A stretch of 64,000 bases of DNA from Candidatus Dormiibacterota bacterium (lineage in GTDB: Bacteria > Chloroflexota > Dormibacteria > Aeolococcales > Aeolococcaceae): assembly GCA_963751755.1 (NCBI GenBank), contig CAVVVH010000008.1, positions 2,430 through 66,429 on the forward strand, given 5' to 3'. Shown one piece after another: positions 20,782 through 31,945 of this stretch. The stretch's first letter is position 1, and every line of letters begins with the position of its first letter. The notes below the pieces were generated by a model. The model ran no database searches, had not been told where the DNA came from, and saw only the letters and a program-made list of their open reading frames with translations. The position numbers were made by a program, and so were the translations under genes.

Positions 20782-21968
20782 CCGCGGCCCTTCGTCCCCC
20801 ACGACCTGCGCGAGCCCCTGCGCGGCGACGGACGACGGGCCGCTGGCGGGGCTGACCGTCGCGGTCAAGGACTGCTACGACATCGCCGGGGAGCGCACGG
20901 GCATCGGCAGCCCTGAATGGCTCGCGGACCATGCGCCGGCAGCGGTGACGCGCCGACGCCGTGCGCCGGGTTCTCGACGCCGGCGCGACGGTGGTCGGCA
21001 AGACGATCTGCGACGAGTTCATGTACAGCATCACCGGCGCCAACGCGCACTACGGGACGCCGCTGAACCCGCGCGCACCCGACCGCCTCCCGGGGGGCTC
21101 GTCGAGCGGCTCGGCGAGCGCCGTCGCCGGGGGCGCGTGCGACCTGGCACTGGGCACCGACACGGGCGGGTCGATCCGCGTGCCGGCGTCGGTGTGCGGG
21201 TTGTACGGGCTGCGCACCACGCACGGGCGTGTCGACATGGCGGGGGTCCAGGCGATGGCGCCGTCCTTCGACTCCGCGGGCTGGCTGGCGGGCGGCCCCG
21301 GCGTGCTGCGCGCGGCGGGCGCGGTGCTGCTGGGCGGCGAGCGGCGTGCCGGGCGCGCGTCGGAGCGCGTGCTGCTGGCGGCCGATCTGCTGGACGCGGC
21401 CGGACCCGCCGCCGGCGCAGGTGGTCGACCGACTTCCTCGCGCGCGCCGGCGGCGACCTGCCGGTGCCGGAGCCCCTGACGCTCTCCGCGGAGGGCGCTG
21501 GCGGAGTGGGCGGAGTGCTTCCGTGTCGTGCAGGCGTACGAGACGTGGCAGACGTTCGGCGGCGTGGATCACCGCACATCACCCGCGGCTGGGGCCGGGG
21601 ATCGACGAGCGGATGGCGTACGCGTCGACCGTGGAGCGGCGAGGTGGCAGAACCCGCGCGGGAGCGGGTCGGCGACGCTGCGCGCGCGGCTGCGCGACCT
21701 GGTGCGGCCCGGGACGGTGGTGGTGCTGCCGACCACGCCGGGTCCCGGCGCCGCTGCTGTCGGCGCCGCCCGAGCGTCGTGCAGGAGTTCCGCGGCCGGT
21801 CGCATGCTGCTGACATGCGCCGCGGGGATCGGCGGGCTGCCGCAGCTGTCGCTCCCCGCCGGCCGGGTGGACTCCGCGCCCGTCGGCGTCTCCCTGCTCG
21901 GCTGGGCGGGCGGCGACGAGGCGCTGCTCGACCTGGCCTGCGCGCTGGGACGACATGCCGGCGTGTAG
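20780..21968 (+). CDS. amidase-signature family amidase, multiple frameshifts
   Basis: GPLAGLTVAVKDCYDIAGERTGIGSPEW; GGSSSGSASAVAGGACDLALGTDTGGSIRVPASVCGLYGLRTTHGRV. Fragments are scattered over all three frames. Confidence 0.5.
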
Positions 21969-22071
21969 CACCGGCGGCGCCCGCGCGTCTCGTACCGTCG
22001 CGGGCGATGTGGACCGACGGGCTCGAGCAGTGGTTCGCGCGCCGAGGGACGTCACCACCTGCCGTGGCGGC

Positions 22072-22876
22072 ATGACCACGGACCCGTGGGCCGTGCTGGT
22101 CAGCGAGGTGATGCTGCAGCAGACGTCGGTGGCGCGCGTGCTGCCGCGCTGGAGCCGCTTCCTCGAGCGCTGGCCGACCGCCGACGGCATGTGCCGCGGC
22201 GCTCGCTCGACGACGTGCTGCGCGAGTGGCAGGGGCTCGGCTACCCGCGCCGCGCCCGGGCGCTCTGGCTGCTCGCCGCGCACGTCGCCGAGCACGGCTG
22301 GCCGCGCGACGAGGCGGGGCTGCGCGCGCTGCCCGGGGTCGGCGCGTACACGGCGCGCGCGCTGCTCGCGTTCAGCGACGTCGGCGCGTGCCGCGGAGGC
22401 ACCGCCACGCGACGTCAACCTCGGCCGGGTGGCGGCGCGCGCCGCGCTCGGCTGCGAGCCGCACGAGGCGACGCCGGCCGTGCTCGACGCGACGCTCCGC
22501 GCGACGGCCGGCCGCGGCGCATGGCGGTGCGCGAGTACACGTACGCGCTGTTCGACGTCGGGGCCTCTGCACTGCCGCGCCCGTCCGGTCGTGCGACGGG
22601 TGCCCGCTGCGGGACCGGTGCGCGTGGCGGGCGCGCGGCCTCGACCTGCGGCCGCGCCGCGCCGCCGCGACGGCAGAGCGCCTACGCGGGCAGCCTCCGC
22701 CAGCTGCGCGGCGCGGTGCTGGCGGAGGCGCTGCGCTCGCCGCGGCGCCGCCGCCGGCGGAGCTGGTCGCGGCGGTGCGCGCGGTGCCCGGCGCCACGCC
22801 CGAGCGGATGCGCTCCGCGATCGACGGGCTGGTCGCCGACGGGCTGATGCCGGGCGAATCGGCGCCGCGGCGCTAG
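22072..22876 (+). CDS. HhH-GPD superfamily base-excision DNA glycosylase (MutY/Nth-like) with 4Fe-4S cluster loop, frameshifted
   Basis: EVMLQQTSVARVLPRWSRFLERWPT; EWQGLGYPRRARALW; LPGVGAYTARALLAFS; Cys ladder CTAAPVRSCDGCPLRDRCAWRA. Three frames are used. Confidence 0.55.
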
Positions 22877-23004
22877 GATTCGGCGGTGGCGACCGTCTCC
22901 CCCGCTCTGGACGCCGTCCAGGAGCACGCTGTGGGAGCGGGCCGAGTTCTCCTTCATCCCCGACCGCGACCTGCCGCCGCTGGAGGGCACGGCGACGCAG
23001 CGGC

Positions 23005-23869
23005 GGTGGGCCGCGGGTGCTGTTCGCGGGCTTCCCGTCCGACTACAGCCTGGCCTTCCTGCTGGCGCTGCTCGAGCTCGACGTCGAGGTGGTCGGCGCT
23101 GCTCACCTCGCCGGGCGCGCACGAGGCCATCCTCGGCGACAACGCGCTGAGCCGGATCGCCGACCACCTCGAGCGTCCCGCTGCTGCGCGCCTGGCGCGT
23201 CAACGACGAGCACTCCATCCTCGACCTCGCGCGCGCTCCGGCTCGACGGCGTGGTCATGGCCAGCTTTGACCAGATCATCGGTTCGCGCGCCCTGGCGGT
23301 CCCCGCGCACGGCTGGATGAACATCCACCCCAGCGCGCTGCCGGCGCGGCGCGGGCCGGAGCCCGTGTACTGGACCATCGCCGACGGCGACCCCATCGCC
23401 GGGATCACCCTGCACCGCGCGGTGCCGAAGGTGGACGCCGGGCCGATCCTCGCGCAGCGCACCGTCGAGGTGTCGGAGGACGACACCTCGGGGACGCTGA
23501 CCCGGCGCCTCTGCGAGCTGGGGACGGCGGCGCTCGGCGAGGCGGTGGACCGCCTGCTCACCGACTGGCCGGGCGAGCCCATCGACATGACGGGCGCGAC
23601 CTACGCGCCGTCGGTGGGACATCGCCACGTCGACGCCGCCCCGTCCGCCGACGGCGGGCCTGCGCATGGTCCGTGCCGGCGTGCCCAACATGCCGGCGTG
23701 GACCATGGTGGACGGCCGGGTCGCCTACGTGCTGCGCGCGCACCTCGGGGCCGCGCAGGAGGGCCAGCCGGCGATCGCGTTCGCCGACGGGATCATCGCC
23801 ATCGACGAGCTCCGGGACGAGTGCGGATGTCATCACAATCTTGTTTCCTGCCCGCACCGTCAGGAATGA
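23005..23869 (+). CDS. formyltransferase (Fmt / ArnA-N / sugar N-formyltransferase-like) with C-terminal domain, frameshifted
   Basis: [29 protein letters not shown]; GWMNIHPSALPARRGPEPVYWTIADGDPIAGITLHRAVPKVDAGPILAQRTVEV (formyl-transferase core); a C-terminal domain follows in another frame. Confidence 0.5.
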
Positions 23870-23888
23870 GCCGGTAGGATCACCGCCG

Positions 23889-24328
23889 ATGGAAGCCTCG
23901 CCGATCCTGGTCGTCGAGGACGACGACCTCGTTCGATCGTTCCTGTGCCGGGCGCTCACGGGCGTGGCCGGCGACGTCGACGCCTGCGCAACCGGCGCCG
24001 AGGCGATGCAGCGCGGTCGAGCGCCGGCGGTTCGGCGCCATCCTGCTCGACGGGCTGCTGCCCGACACCCACGGCCTCGACCTCGCCAAGAAGATGGTCG
24101 GCGCACCGCAACGCGAGCGCACAGCGGGATCTGCTTCGTCAGCGGCTCGCTGCGCCACCCGCTGGCCATGCGCGACGGGGTCAGCGCGCTGCCCAAGCCG
24201 CTGCGCCTGCGCGAGCTGCTCGACGCGGCCGGGCTGCTGCTGACCTGGTCGCGGGCGAGCGCCGGCGCGCCGCGGCGGCGCGGCTCGCGGCGCTGGACAC
24301 GCTCGCCGCCGACCTGCTGGTGTCCTGA
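23889..24328 (+). CDS. single-domain response regulator (CheY-like receiver) with short C-terminal tail, one frameshift
   Basis: MEASPILVVEDDDLVRSFLCRAL...ILLDGLLPDTHGLDLAKKM...LPKPLRLRELLDAAGLLL. No cognate histidine kinase in the window. Confidence 0.5.
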
Positions 24329-24341
24329 CGCGGTGGCCTCG

Positions 24342-24620
24342 ATGGAGCTGCCGCCGATCTCCCAGCTGCCCTGGGCGGTGGGCCACGACCGCTTCCTCGC
24401 CGCCGCCGGGGCGGTGACCGGCGAGGGCGCCTGCTGCCTCTTCGTCATCGACGAGGCCATCCCGGCGAGCGCCCGGTCCGGCTACGCCGCCCTGGTGATC
24501 GCCTACGCGCGCGCCAACGAGCCCGTGACCATCCTCGAGGGCGGCGCGGCCGCGCTGCTGATCCGCGACGGCGGCGTCGCCTCGGGCCAGGTGGCGGCGC
24601 GCGCCTGCTCGGGCAGATGA
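24342..24620 (+). CDS. hypothetical small protein (92 aa)
   Basis: ATG-initiated ORF immediately after the response regulator. No recognisable motif. High-GC third-position bias is consistent with coding. Confidence 0.25.
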   Translation: MELPPISQLPWAVGHDRFLAAAGAVTGEGACCLFVIDEAIPASARSGYAALVIAYARANEPVTILEGGAAALLIRDGGVASGQVAARACSGR

Positions 24621-24812
24621 GCCGGCTGGGCCTCCAGGAGACGCTGCGCGCCGGCGTCGCCCCGCTCGGCGGCGGCGTCGACGGCGCCATCGCCAGGGCG
24701 CGGGAGCTGGCCGTCGCGGCCGCCGCCGGCGAGGTCGCGATCGCCTGACCGCGCTGCCCGCTCGTGGCCGACGCCACGCCGGGCGTCCCCGCACCTGTCA
24801 GAGTCCGCGCAC

Positions 24813-25655
24813 GTGTCGAGTGACCACGTCGTCGAGCGGGAGGGGACCGCGCGCCGGCGGCCGGCACCGGACCCGCCGACGAGCGCGAGGCCGGCCTGAT
24901 CGCGGCCGAGCAGGCGCTGGTGGTGCTGGCGACCTACAACGAGCGCGAGAACCTGCCGATCGTCCTCGAGCGGATCTGGGCGGCCATCGACATCGACGTG
25001 CTGGTGGTGGACGACAACTCGCCGGACGGCACCGGGGCCGTGGCCGACCGGATCGCCGCCGCGAGCCGCGGCTGACGGTCATCCACCGAGCCGGCAAGGC
25101 CGGGCTGGCCAGCGCGCTGTTCGCCGGGCTATCACCACGCCTTCGACCGCGGCTACGAGCTGGCCATCGAGATGGACGCCGACCTGTCGCATCCCCCCGA
25201 GGACCTGCCCGCGCTGGTCGCGGCGTGCGACCGCGCCGACGTGGCCATCGGGTCGCGCCGGGTGCCGGGCGGCCGGGTGGTGGGGCGGCCCGCGTGGCGG
25301 ATCGCACTGACCGCCGGGCGCGTGCATCTGGGCGCGGACCGTGCTGGGCCTGCCGATGCACGACTGCACCAGCGGCTACCGCTGCATCCGCACTGACGCG
25401 CTGCGGGTCATCGACTTCAGCCGCATCCGGTCGAGCGGCTACGGCTTCCTCATCGAGCTCGACTGGGCGATCAAGCGCGCCGGGCAACGGGTCGTCGAGA
25501 TCCCGATCACCTTCAACGACCGCGCCTACGGCCTCTCCAAGATGCGCATCGGGATGATCCCCGAGGCCATGATCATGGTGCTCAAGCTCCGCCTCGGCCT
25601 GGTCCGCCCGGCACTTCTCGACCGCGCCGGGGTGGCGGCCGCCCCCTCGCACTGA
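24813..25655 (+). CDS. GT2 polyprenol-phosphate sugar synthase (Ppm1/DPM1/ArnC-like), frameshifted
   Basis: [17 protein letters not shown]...[10 protein letters not shown]; [16 protein letters not shown]; [18 protein letters not shown]; [12 protein letters not shown]; [36 protein letters not shown]. At least four frame changes. Confidence 0.55.
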
Positions 25656-25716
25656 GCCCCGACGGGCGCGCGGCCGGGGTCCCGGAGCGGTCGCAGTGCA
25701 CTAGGCTCACGGCGAG

Positions 25717-27152
25717 ATGCGATCCTGGTTCAACGGGAATCGTCCGCGCGCGCTCGCGCTCGTGGCGATCGGCGTCGTGGTGATCGGGACGGTGGTCAGC
25801 CGGCTGCCTGTGCTCGGGGTCGGCGAGATCGACTGGGACGAGGGCGTGTACTGGCTCTCGATGCAGTCGATGCGCAGCGGCCACGCCCTGTTCACCTCCG
25901 TGTACAGCTCGCAGCCGCCGGCGTTCCTGCTCTTCGCGGAGCCGCCCTGGGCGCTGCTCGGCGGAGGCATCGTCGCCGCGCGGGCCGTGATGCTGGCGTG
26001 GGGTGCGGTCGCCGTCGCGGCGGGGGGGGTGATCGGCTGGCGGCTCGCCGGGCCGGTGGCCGGCGTGGCCGCGGCGGCGACGCTGGCCGTCGACCCGCTC
26101 ATGGTCCATCAGTCGCTCGTGCTGCAGGCCGACGGGCCGTCGACGTCGCTCGCGATCTCTCGCTGTGGCCCTGGCAGCGCTCGCCATCACCACGCGCGGC
26201 CGGCGCTGGAGCACCTCGGCTGCGGCGCTGGCCGGAGCGGTGCTGGTGGTCGGCGTGCTCACCAAGCTCCTTGACGTGGCGCGGGGCCGGCCCTGCTGAC
26301 CGTCCTCGCCGTGCGTGGCGAGTGGCGCCGGCTGGTGGTGGCCGCGTCGGCGGGCGGGCTCCTCGCCGCCGCCGCGATCCTCCTGCCACTGCACGACGCC
26401 TGGAGCGCGATGTGGAACCAGGCCGTGGGGCTGCACCTGGACACGCAGTCGGCGCAGTCGGGCATCAGCCTCGGGCAGGCGCTCGGGCTGCGCTGGCACC
26501 TGGCGGTGCTGGCGGCGATCGGCGCCGCGGTGGGCTGGCGACGGCACCCGCGCCTCGTGGTCACCGGCGTGGTGTGGTTCCTGGGCGCGGTGGCGGTGAT
26601 GGCGCTGACGCATCCGCTGTGGCCACACCACGGCGTGGTCACCTCGCCGGCGTACGCGCTGCTCTGCGCGGCGGGAGTGTCGGCGGCGTTCGCCTGGCTG
26701 CGGCGGCGTTGTGCCGCGCGAGTTCCCCGCCGCGGCTGCGCTCGCCGGCGCTGGGTTGTGCGTGGCGGCGGGGCTGTTCCTCTGGTCGGGACTGCGCGGC
26801 CTGGGATCGGGGAGTGACTTCGGCGCCGAGGCGAACGCGCTGCGGGCGCACACGTCCCCGTCCGCGCAGCTGGTCGGCGACGACCAGTACGCGCAGGCCC
26901 TGGCCGGCCGGCCGGCGCCTCCGCGCTATGTCGACACGTCGAACACCCGGATGTACGCCGAGCCCGGGGCGGTGCAGGGCCTGGAGGCCATCACCGACAG
27001 GCACGCCGCCGGTGTGCGCGGTGCTCTCCTCGAGTGGACGGCTGTCCCGCCTCCCCGGCTTCGCGGCGTGGGTGTCGGCGCACTACCCGGTGGCTGTCAG
27101 CCTCGGTGGCTCGCGCTACCTCTACATCGCTCCCGGGATGCGCGTGACGTGA
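25717..27152 (+). CDS. GT-C fold membrane glycosyltransferase (PMT_2 / ArnT / GT39-83-like), frameshifted
   Basis: First-loop acidic motif EIDWDEGVYWLSMQSMRSGHALFTSVYSSQPPAFLL. About 9 or more TM segments across ORFs 25717..26274, 26311..26817 and 25998..27152. Soluble C-terminal domain. Confidence 0.5.
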
Positions 27153-28330
27153 CGCTGGTGCGGCGGTCGACCGGGGGTGGTGGCGCCATGCGGGTCCGCT
27201 CGCCGGCGTGCTGGCCGCCGGCCTGGTGGTCCGCGCGATCCTCGTCCCGATCACCCACGGACCCGACTTCGCAGTGTGGGACCTCGCCTCGCGCGCGACG
27301 CTCGATGGTGTCAACGTCTACGCACACCACCCCGCGTACACGGGTGGCCCGTACACGTACCTGCCGCTCTTCCTGTACATCGAGCTGCCCTTCCAGTGGA
27401 TCGCGATGCACACAGGTGTGCCATTCACCATCCTCGGCAAGCTGCCCATCGTTGCCGCGGACCTGGCCGCGACGCTGCTGATCGCCGTGGAGCTTCGCCG
27501 CACGGGGCGCCGGTGAACGCGCGGTCGGCGTCGCGGCGGCGCTGTTCTTCCTCAACCCGCTGGTGCTGTACAACGGGGCGTTCTACGGGCGGTTCGACAG
27601 CGTGGCGGTCGCCCTGCTCCTTCTCGCCGTGCACATGTGGCACGGCCGGACCGCCGGCGCCGGCTGGCGTTTCTCGGCGACATACGCGCTCGCCATCGCC
27701 GCCAAGACCTACCCGGTCTTCCTCCTGCCCTGGGTGATTCGACATGCGCGGCGCAACGTCGTGCGCGTGCGTCGCGGTGCGTCACCGTCGTGCTCCTGGT
27801 GATCGCTGCGCCGTACCTGATCACTGAGTCCCGGAGCGTTGGCGACCGACCTCCTCTACAGCGCCGACAAGCTGCCCGGTGGACTGTCATGGCAGGTGGT
27901 GCTGCATGGTCTCCCGGCGGCGGCGCAGGTCGACATCGGCGACGTCCTGCTCGGCGCGTTCGTGGTCGCTGCGATCGCGCTGGCGGCCGTCGAGGACGTC
28001 ACCGTGGCGGCGGCCGCGATCCTCGTGCTGTTCCTGCTGCTCAGCAAGCAGGTGATCGAGCAGTACCTTCTCTGGCCGCTCCCCTTCCTGGTGGTGCTCG
28101 CCGTGGGCCGCGGATCGCGCGCGGCCTGGTGGCTGGTCGGCGAGATGACGGTGGCCGGCATGCTCGTCAACGCGCACTTCCACCCCTTCGGGGTGCAGCC
28201 CGCCGCCTTCAACGTGGTGTTCGCGCTCGCCGTGGCGCGTCAGCTGGTGCGCCTGCTGGCGACCGAACGCACGCCTGCGGAGTGGCAGGGTCACCGGTGG
28301 GACGCGCGGTGCCTCCAACCCGGCCGTCGG
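27149..28330 (+). CDS. GT87 / DUF2029-family membrane mannosyltransferase-like protein (PimE/MptA-like), frameshifted
   Basis: GTGA overlap with the previous stop. DFAVWDLASRATLDGVNVYAHHPAYTGGPYTYLPLFLYIELP matches the GT87 signature. Further TM pieces lie in ORFs 27563..27802 and 27839..28363. Confidence 0.45.
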
Positions 28331-28343
28331 GTCGGGCGCGTAG

Positions 28344-29890
28344 GTGGACCACGCAGTGGATGACGCCCCGTCCTTGACCAGCGCGGCGCTGCCAGACGTC
28401 CATGACGAGCGCATGACCCGGCTCATCATCGCGACCATGACGGCGCTGGCCGGGGCACTGTCGCTGTATCAGCTGAGCCGTCCCAACATGCTCTTCGGGG
28501 TGACCGAGTACGACGACGGCGCCTACTTCGGCTCGGCGCTCCGTCTGGTGCACGGTGCGCTGCCGTATCGCAACTTCGTGATGGTTCAACCGCCCGGGTT
28601 CACACTGCTGTCCAGCCCGCTGGCCCTGCTCTCCCGAGCCATCGGGACGCGCGACGCGCTCGCCATCGCGCGGCTGTTCATGCCGCTGGTGGCGGCGCTG
28701 AACGTCATGATGGTGGGGATGCTGGTCCGTCATCGCGGGCTGGCTCGCAACGCTTGTCGCGGCCGGCTTGATGGCGGTCTTTCCAGCGGAGGTGCACGCC
28801 ACGCACACGCTGCTGCTCGAGCCCATCCTCGACCTCTTCTGCCTCCTTGGCGCAGTGCTGATCTTCCAGGGAGAGAGGCTGCGCGACAGCGGCCGACGCC
28901 TGCTGCTCGGTGGGGTCGCTCTCGGATTCGCAGGGACGATCAAGGGCTGGGCACTCATCCCTGTGGTGGTGGTGCTCCTCTTGTGCCTGCCGCACGTGCG
29001 ACGCAGGCTCGTCCCGATCGCGGCCGGCGTCGTCGCCGGGTTCGCGATCCCCACCCTGCCGTTTGCGCGTCCTCGCGCCGGGCTCGTTCTACCGCGAGGT
29101 GATCGCCACGCAGCTGCGCCGGATCGGCGGCTCGGGGCGAGTGCCGGCCGGGACCACGTCTGGGTGATCTCACCGGGTCGTCGTCGCTGACCCCGGGATC
29201 GACGTCGAGCCTCGCGCTGGCCGCGGCCCTCCTCGCCGTGATGGCGGCGCTCGTCGCCGCCAGCCTGCTGCTGCCTCGTCGGCGGCCCACCACCTTCGAG
29301 TGGTTCAGCCTCGGGTCCATGCTCGCCATCGGCGTCCTGCTGCTGGCGCCCGCGGAGTTCTATGACCACTACGCGGCGTTCTTCGCGCCGTTCCTTGCGC
29401 TGGCGCTCGGTGGGGCGGTCGGGCAGCTCTGGCGATGGCCGACCCTGCGCGCCACGCGCACCGGGCTCGCGGTGGTGGGCGTGTTCGTGGTCGCGCTCGC
29501 CGCCAACCAGCTGCGCATCTCGAGCAGCGCGCATGGAACCGATCTGACCGGCACCGTCGGCGCGGTCATCCCTGCGGGTGCATGCGCCCTCTCGGACAGC
29601 TCGGCGTACCTCATCACGGTCAATCGCTTCGTGTCGACGGATCCGGCCTGCACCAACGACGATCGCCGACCCGTATGGGACCACCATCTCCTACGGCGGT
29701 CACACACCCGAGGCGGTGTCCGTGTGGCAGCAGCAGATCGCCGGCGTGGACTACCTGGTGCTGTACTCGCTGCGCAACGGGCGCATCCCGCTGGTGACCT
29801 CGCTGCGCGCGCAGATCGCGCACGACTTCACGCTCGTGCGCGCGGGCAACCTGCTCGTGTACGTGCGGCACGGGTTCCCGCACCGGGTGA
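28344..29890 (+). CDS. second GT-C fold glycosyltransferase (PMT_2/ArnT-like; paralog of 25717..27152), frameshifted
   Basis: GVTEYDDGAYFGSALRLVHGALPYRNFVMVQPPGFTLL (DE-type loop-1 motif). TM-rich body in ORFs 28768..29190 and 29238..29993. C-terminal part in the frame of ORF 29578..30384, ending before the tRNA. Confidence 0.45.
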
Positions 29891-29904
29891 GGTGGTCAGA
29901 TCGA

Positions 29905-29979
29905 GGTGCCGAGGGACAGGATCGAACTGTCGACACCAGGTTTTTCAGACCTGTGCTCTACCAACTGAGCTACCTCGGC
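29905..29979 (-). tRNA. tRNA-Phe (anticodon GAA)
   Basis: Manual cloverleaf: GCCGAGG-TA-GCTC-AGTTGGTA-GAGC-A-CAGGT-CTGAAAA-ACCTG-GTGTC-GACAG-TTCGATC-CTGTC-CCTCGGC-ACC. Confidence 0.9.
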
Positions 29980-30061
29980 GCGAGCGCGCGTAGTGTAGCG
30001 GGGCCTCCCCGCCACCCTCTCCCGGCGGCGCGGCGCGGCTCGCGCCTCCTACAATCGGGCG

Positions 30062-30700
30062 ATGAGCCGGGTCATCCAGGTGCGCGTCCGCGGCGCTCGA
30101 CGCGGCCGCGCGCGACGCGACTGCACGAACGATTCGCCGAACTGGTTGGCGGCCGCGACTGGCGCGACGGCACTCCCTGGCTGGCCGACCGCGCTCGTCC
30201 GGGCTGCTCGCCCAGCTGTTCTTCGACCAGGCTCAGGCGGAGGCGCGCGCCGCGGCCGGCGAGCGCGCCGCTGTCGGCCGCCGCGTTCGTGCGCATCGCG
30301 GGTGACGAGGCCGATGCCCTGGCGCTGGCGTTCATCGCTCCGAGACATCTCCGAGCGCTTCGCGGTCGAGGTCGAGCTCCGTGACCCGGACAACCCGATC
30401 GCCAAGCTGCGCCACGTGGAGCTTGTCGACGGCCGGCTCCGTAACGGACGCCCGCTGGAGAGCGATCCTGGTGCGCCGGGTCATCTACCGGCGCATGCCG
30501 GACGGCTCGCGCATGGAGATGATCCCGCCGCACGGCCGAGGGTCAGCCTTCGGGCAACCCGTCGGTGCAGGACGGCGAACGCGGCTGGAGCTTCATCGTC
30601 CACGACATCCGCGTCGTCGAGAACTCGTTCCTCGACGCCGAGGCAGAGGCCATGCGCATCTTCCGTGGCTTTCGCGCCCTTGCCAACAGACGATCGCACA
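30062..30700 (+). CDS. unassigned coding region (hypothetical protein, frame uncertain)
   Basis: Coding-like GC3 skew and conserved-looking blocks in different frames (RFAVEVELRDPDNPIAKLRHVELVDG; PDGSRMEMIPPHGRGSAF; GERGWSFIVHDIRVVENSFLDAEAEAMRIFRGF). No family recognised. Confidence 0.2.
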
Positions 30701-31168
30701 TGAGGGCGGTCGTGCAGCGCACCGCTCGAGCCTCCGTCCGCGTCGATGGCTCGACGATCGGGGAGATCGGCGCCGGACTGTTGGTCCTGCTCAGCGTCGG
30801 CCCGAGTGACACCGAAGCGGTGGCCGGGCGTCTGGCCGGCCGCGTCGCCACCCTGCGGGTCTTCGCCGACGAGCGCCGGTCGCATGAATCTCGACCTCGC
30901 CCAGGCCGGCGGCTCGGTGCTCGTGGTGAGCCAGTTCACCCTGCACGCGGACACCTCCCGCGGCCACCGGCCGTCGTTCATTCGCGCCGCGGGCGCCGGC
31001 CGAAGCCGAGCGTCTGTGCGACGGTGTTCGTGCGAGCGCCAGGGACGGGGCATCCCCGTGCAAACGGGCAGCTTCGGCGCCCACATGGAGGTGGAGCTGG
31101 TGAACGACGGCCCCGTGACTCTGGTGCTGACCAGCGGCGAGCCGCCCTGGGAGGCCGACGCCGGCTGA
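30699..31168 (+). CDS. dtd: D-aminoacyl-tRNA deacylase
   Basis: [37 protein letters not shown]...; [20 protein letters not shown]; [27 protein letters not shown]. Frameshifts near 30875 and 31000. Confidence 0.65.
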
Positions 31169-31189
31169 GTCGGCCAATTGTCAGGTCGC

Positions 31190-31945
31190 CGCGCCGTGCC
31201 CGCAGCGAGACCAGTTGCTCGTTCTCGCCGCCGGTGCCGGCGTAGCGGAAGAGCTCGGGCGGCCGTCCGCCCGTGCCGGCCGGGGAGCGGAAGCGGGGCA
31301 CCCTCGCCCGCAGCGCCGCCACCTCGCGCTCCGCGACGGGCCGCAGCAGGCCGCTGTCGCGCAACTCCTGGATGCGGCGCCGGAAGGTGCGGTCGCTGCC
31401 CTCAGGGCCGCCGTGGAGCGCCACATGCACGCGCAGGAGGTCGTCGCCAGTGAAGACGTCGCCGAGGAGCGCCGCGGCGCCGCCGACCTGGCGGGCGTCC
31501 TGGCGTAGGCGCTCGGTGGCCTGGCGCAGCGCGGCGGTGTCGCGTGCGTCGAGCCGCAGCCCGCGACCCGTCGGCGACCAGGCGCCCGGCCCTGCGACGT
31601 CGCCGAGCGGGGCGGTGGCGTAGTACCAGGCGGTCACGGTGCGGGCGCCGCGGCCGGGGTCGTCGTCGATGTCGACCAGATGGAGGCGATCGCTGCGGCC
31701 GCCGCGTTTGGCGGCGAGGTCGACCCCGGCCGCGGCGGCCAGGCGGATCGCCGCGGCGGTGAAGCGCTCGCGGCCCTCGAGCTCCCCGCGGGCAGCCCGC
31801 GGCGCAGGATGAGCACCTGGAGGGCACGGCTCGGGGGCACCCCCGGGTCGGCGTCGAAGCCGAACACCGCAATACCCGCCGCGATCGCCGCCTGTGCTCC
31901 CCGAGCCATCACCATACCTCCTTGTTTAGGCTGATGATGGCACAA
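31190..31945 (-). CDS. 2H-phosphoesterase / LigT-like protein (low confidence), frameshifted
   Basis: Start MVMARGAQAAIAAGIAVFGFDADPGVPP. Later H-x-[TS]-x-like segment RVHVALHGG. Convergent with dtd. Confidence 0.3.

Noticed and set aside
18327-20855. 842-aa plus-strand ORF
   Set aside because: Chimeric open frame running through the FAH, RraA-like and TauE genes. Only short segments coincide with real frames; the rest is Arg/Pro/Gly-rich junk.
23016-23869. Calling the formyltransferase the housekeeping Met-tRNA formyltransferase fmt
   Set aside because: Not rejected outright, but it is embedded in a glycosyltransferase operon without def, rsmB or priA neighbours, and it has a W after the PxRRGPxP motif as in ArnA/sugar formyltransferases. 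It is therefore left as a generic formyltransferase.
21955-23877. 640-aa plus-strand ORF
   Set aside because: Chimeric frame spanning parts of the glycosylase and formyltransferase genes. Real products are recovered only by frame-hopping.
28209-29687. 492-aa minus-strand ORF
   Set aside because: Antisense to the GT87 and second GT-C genes.
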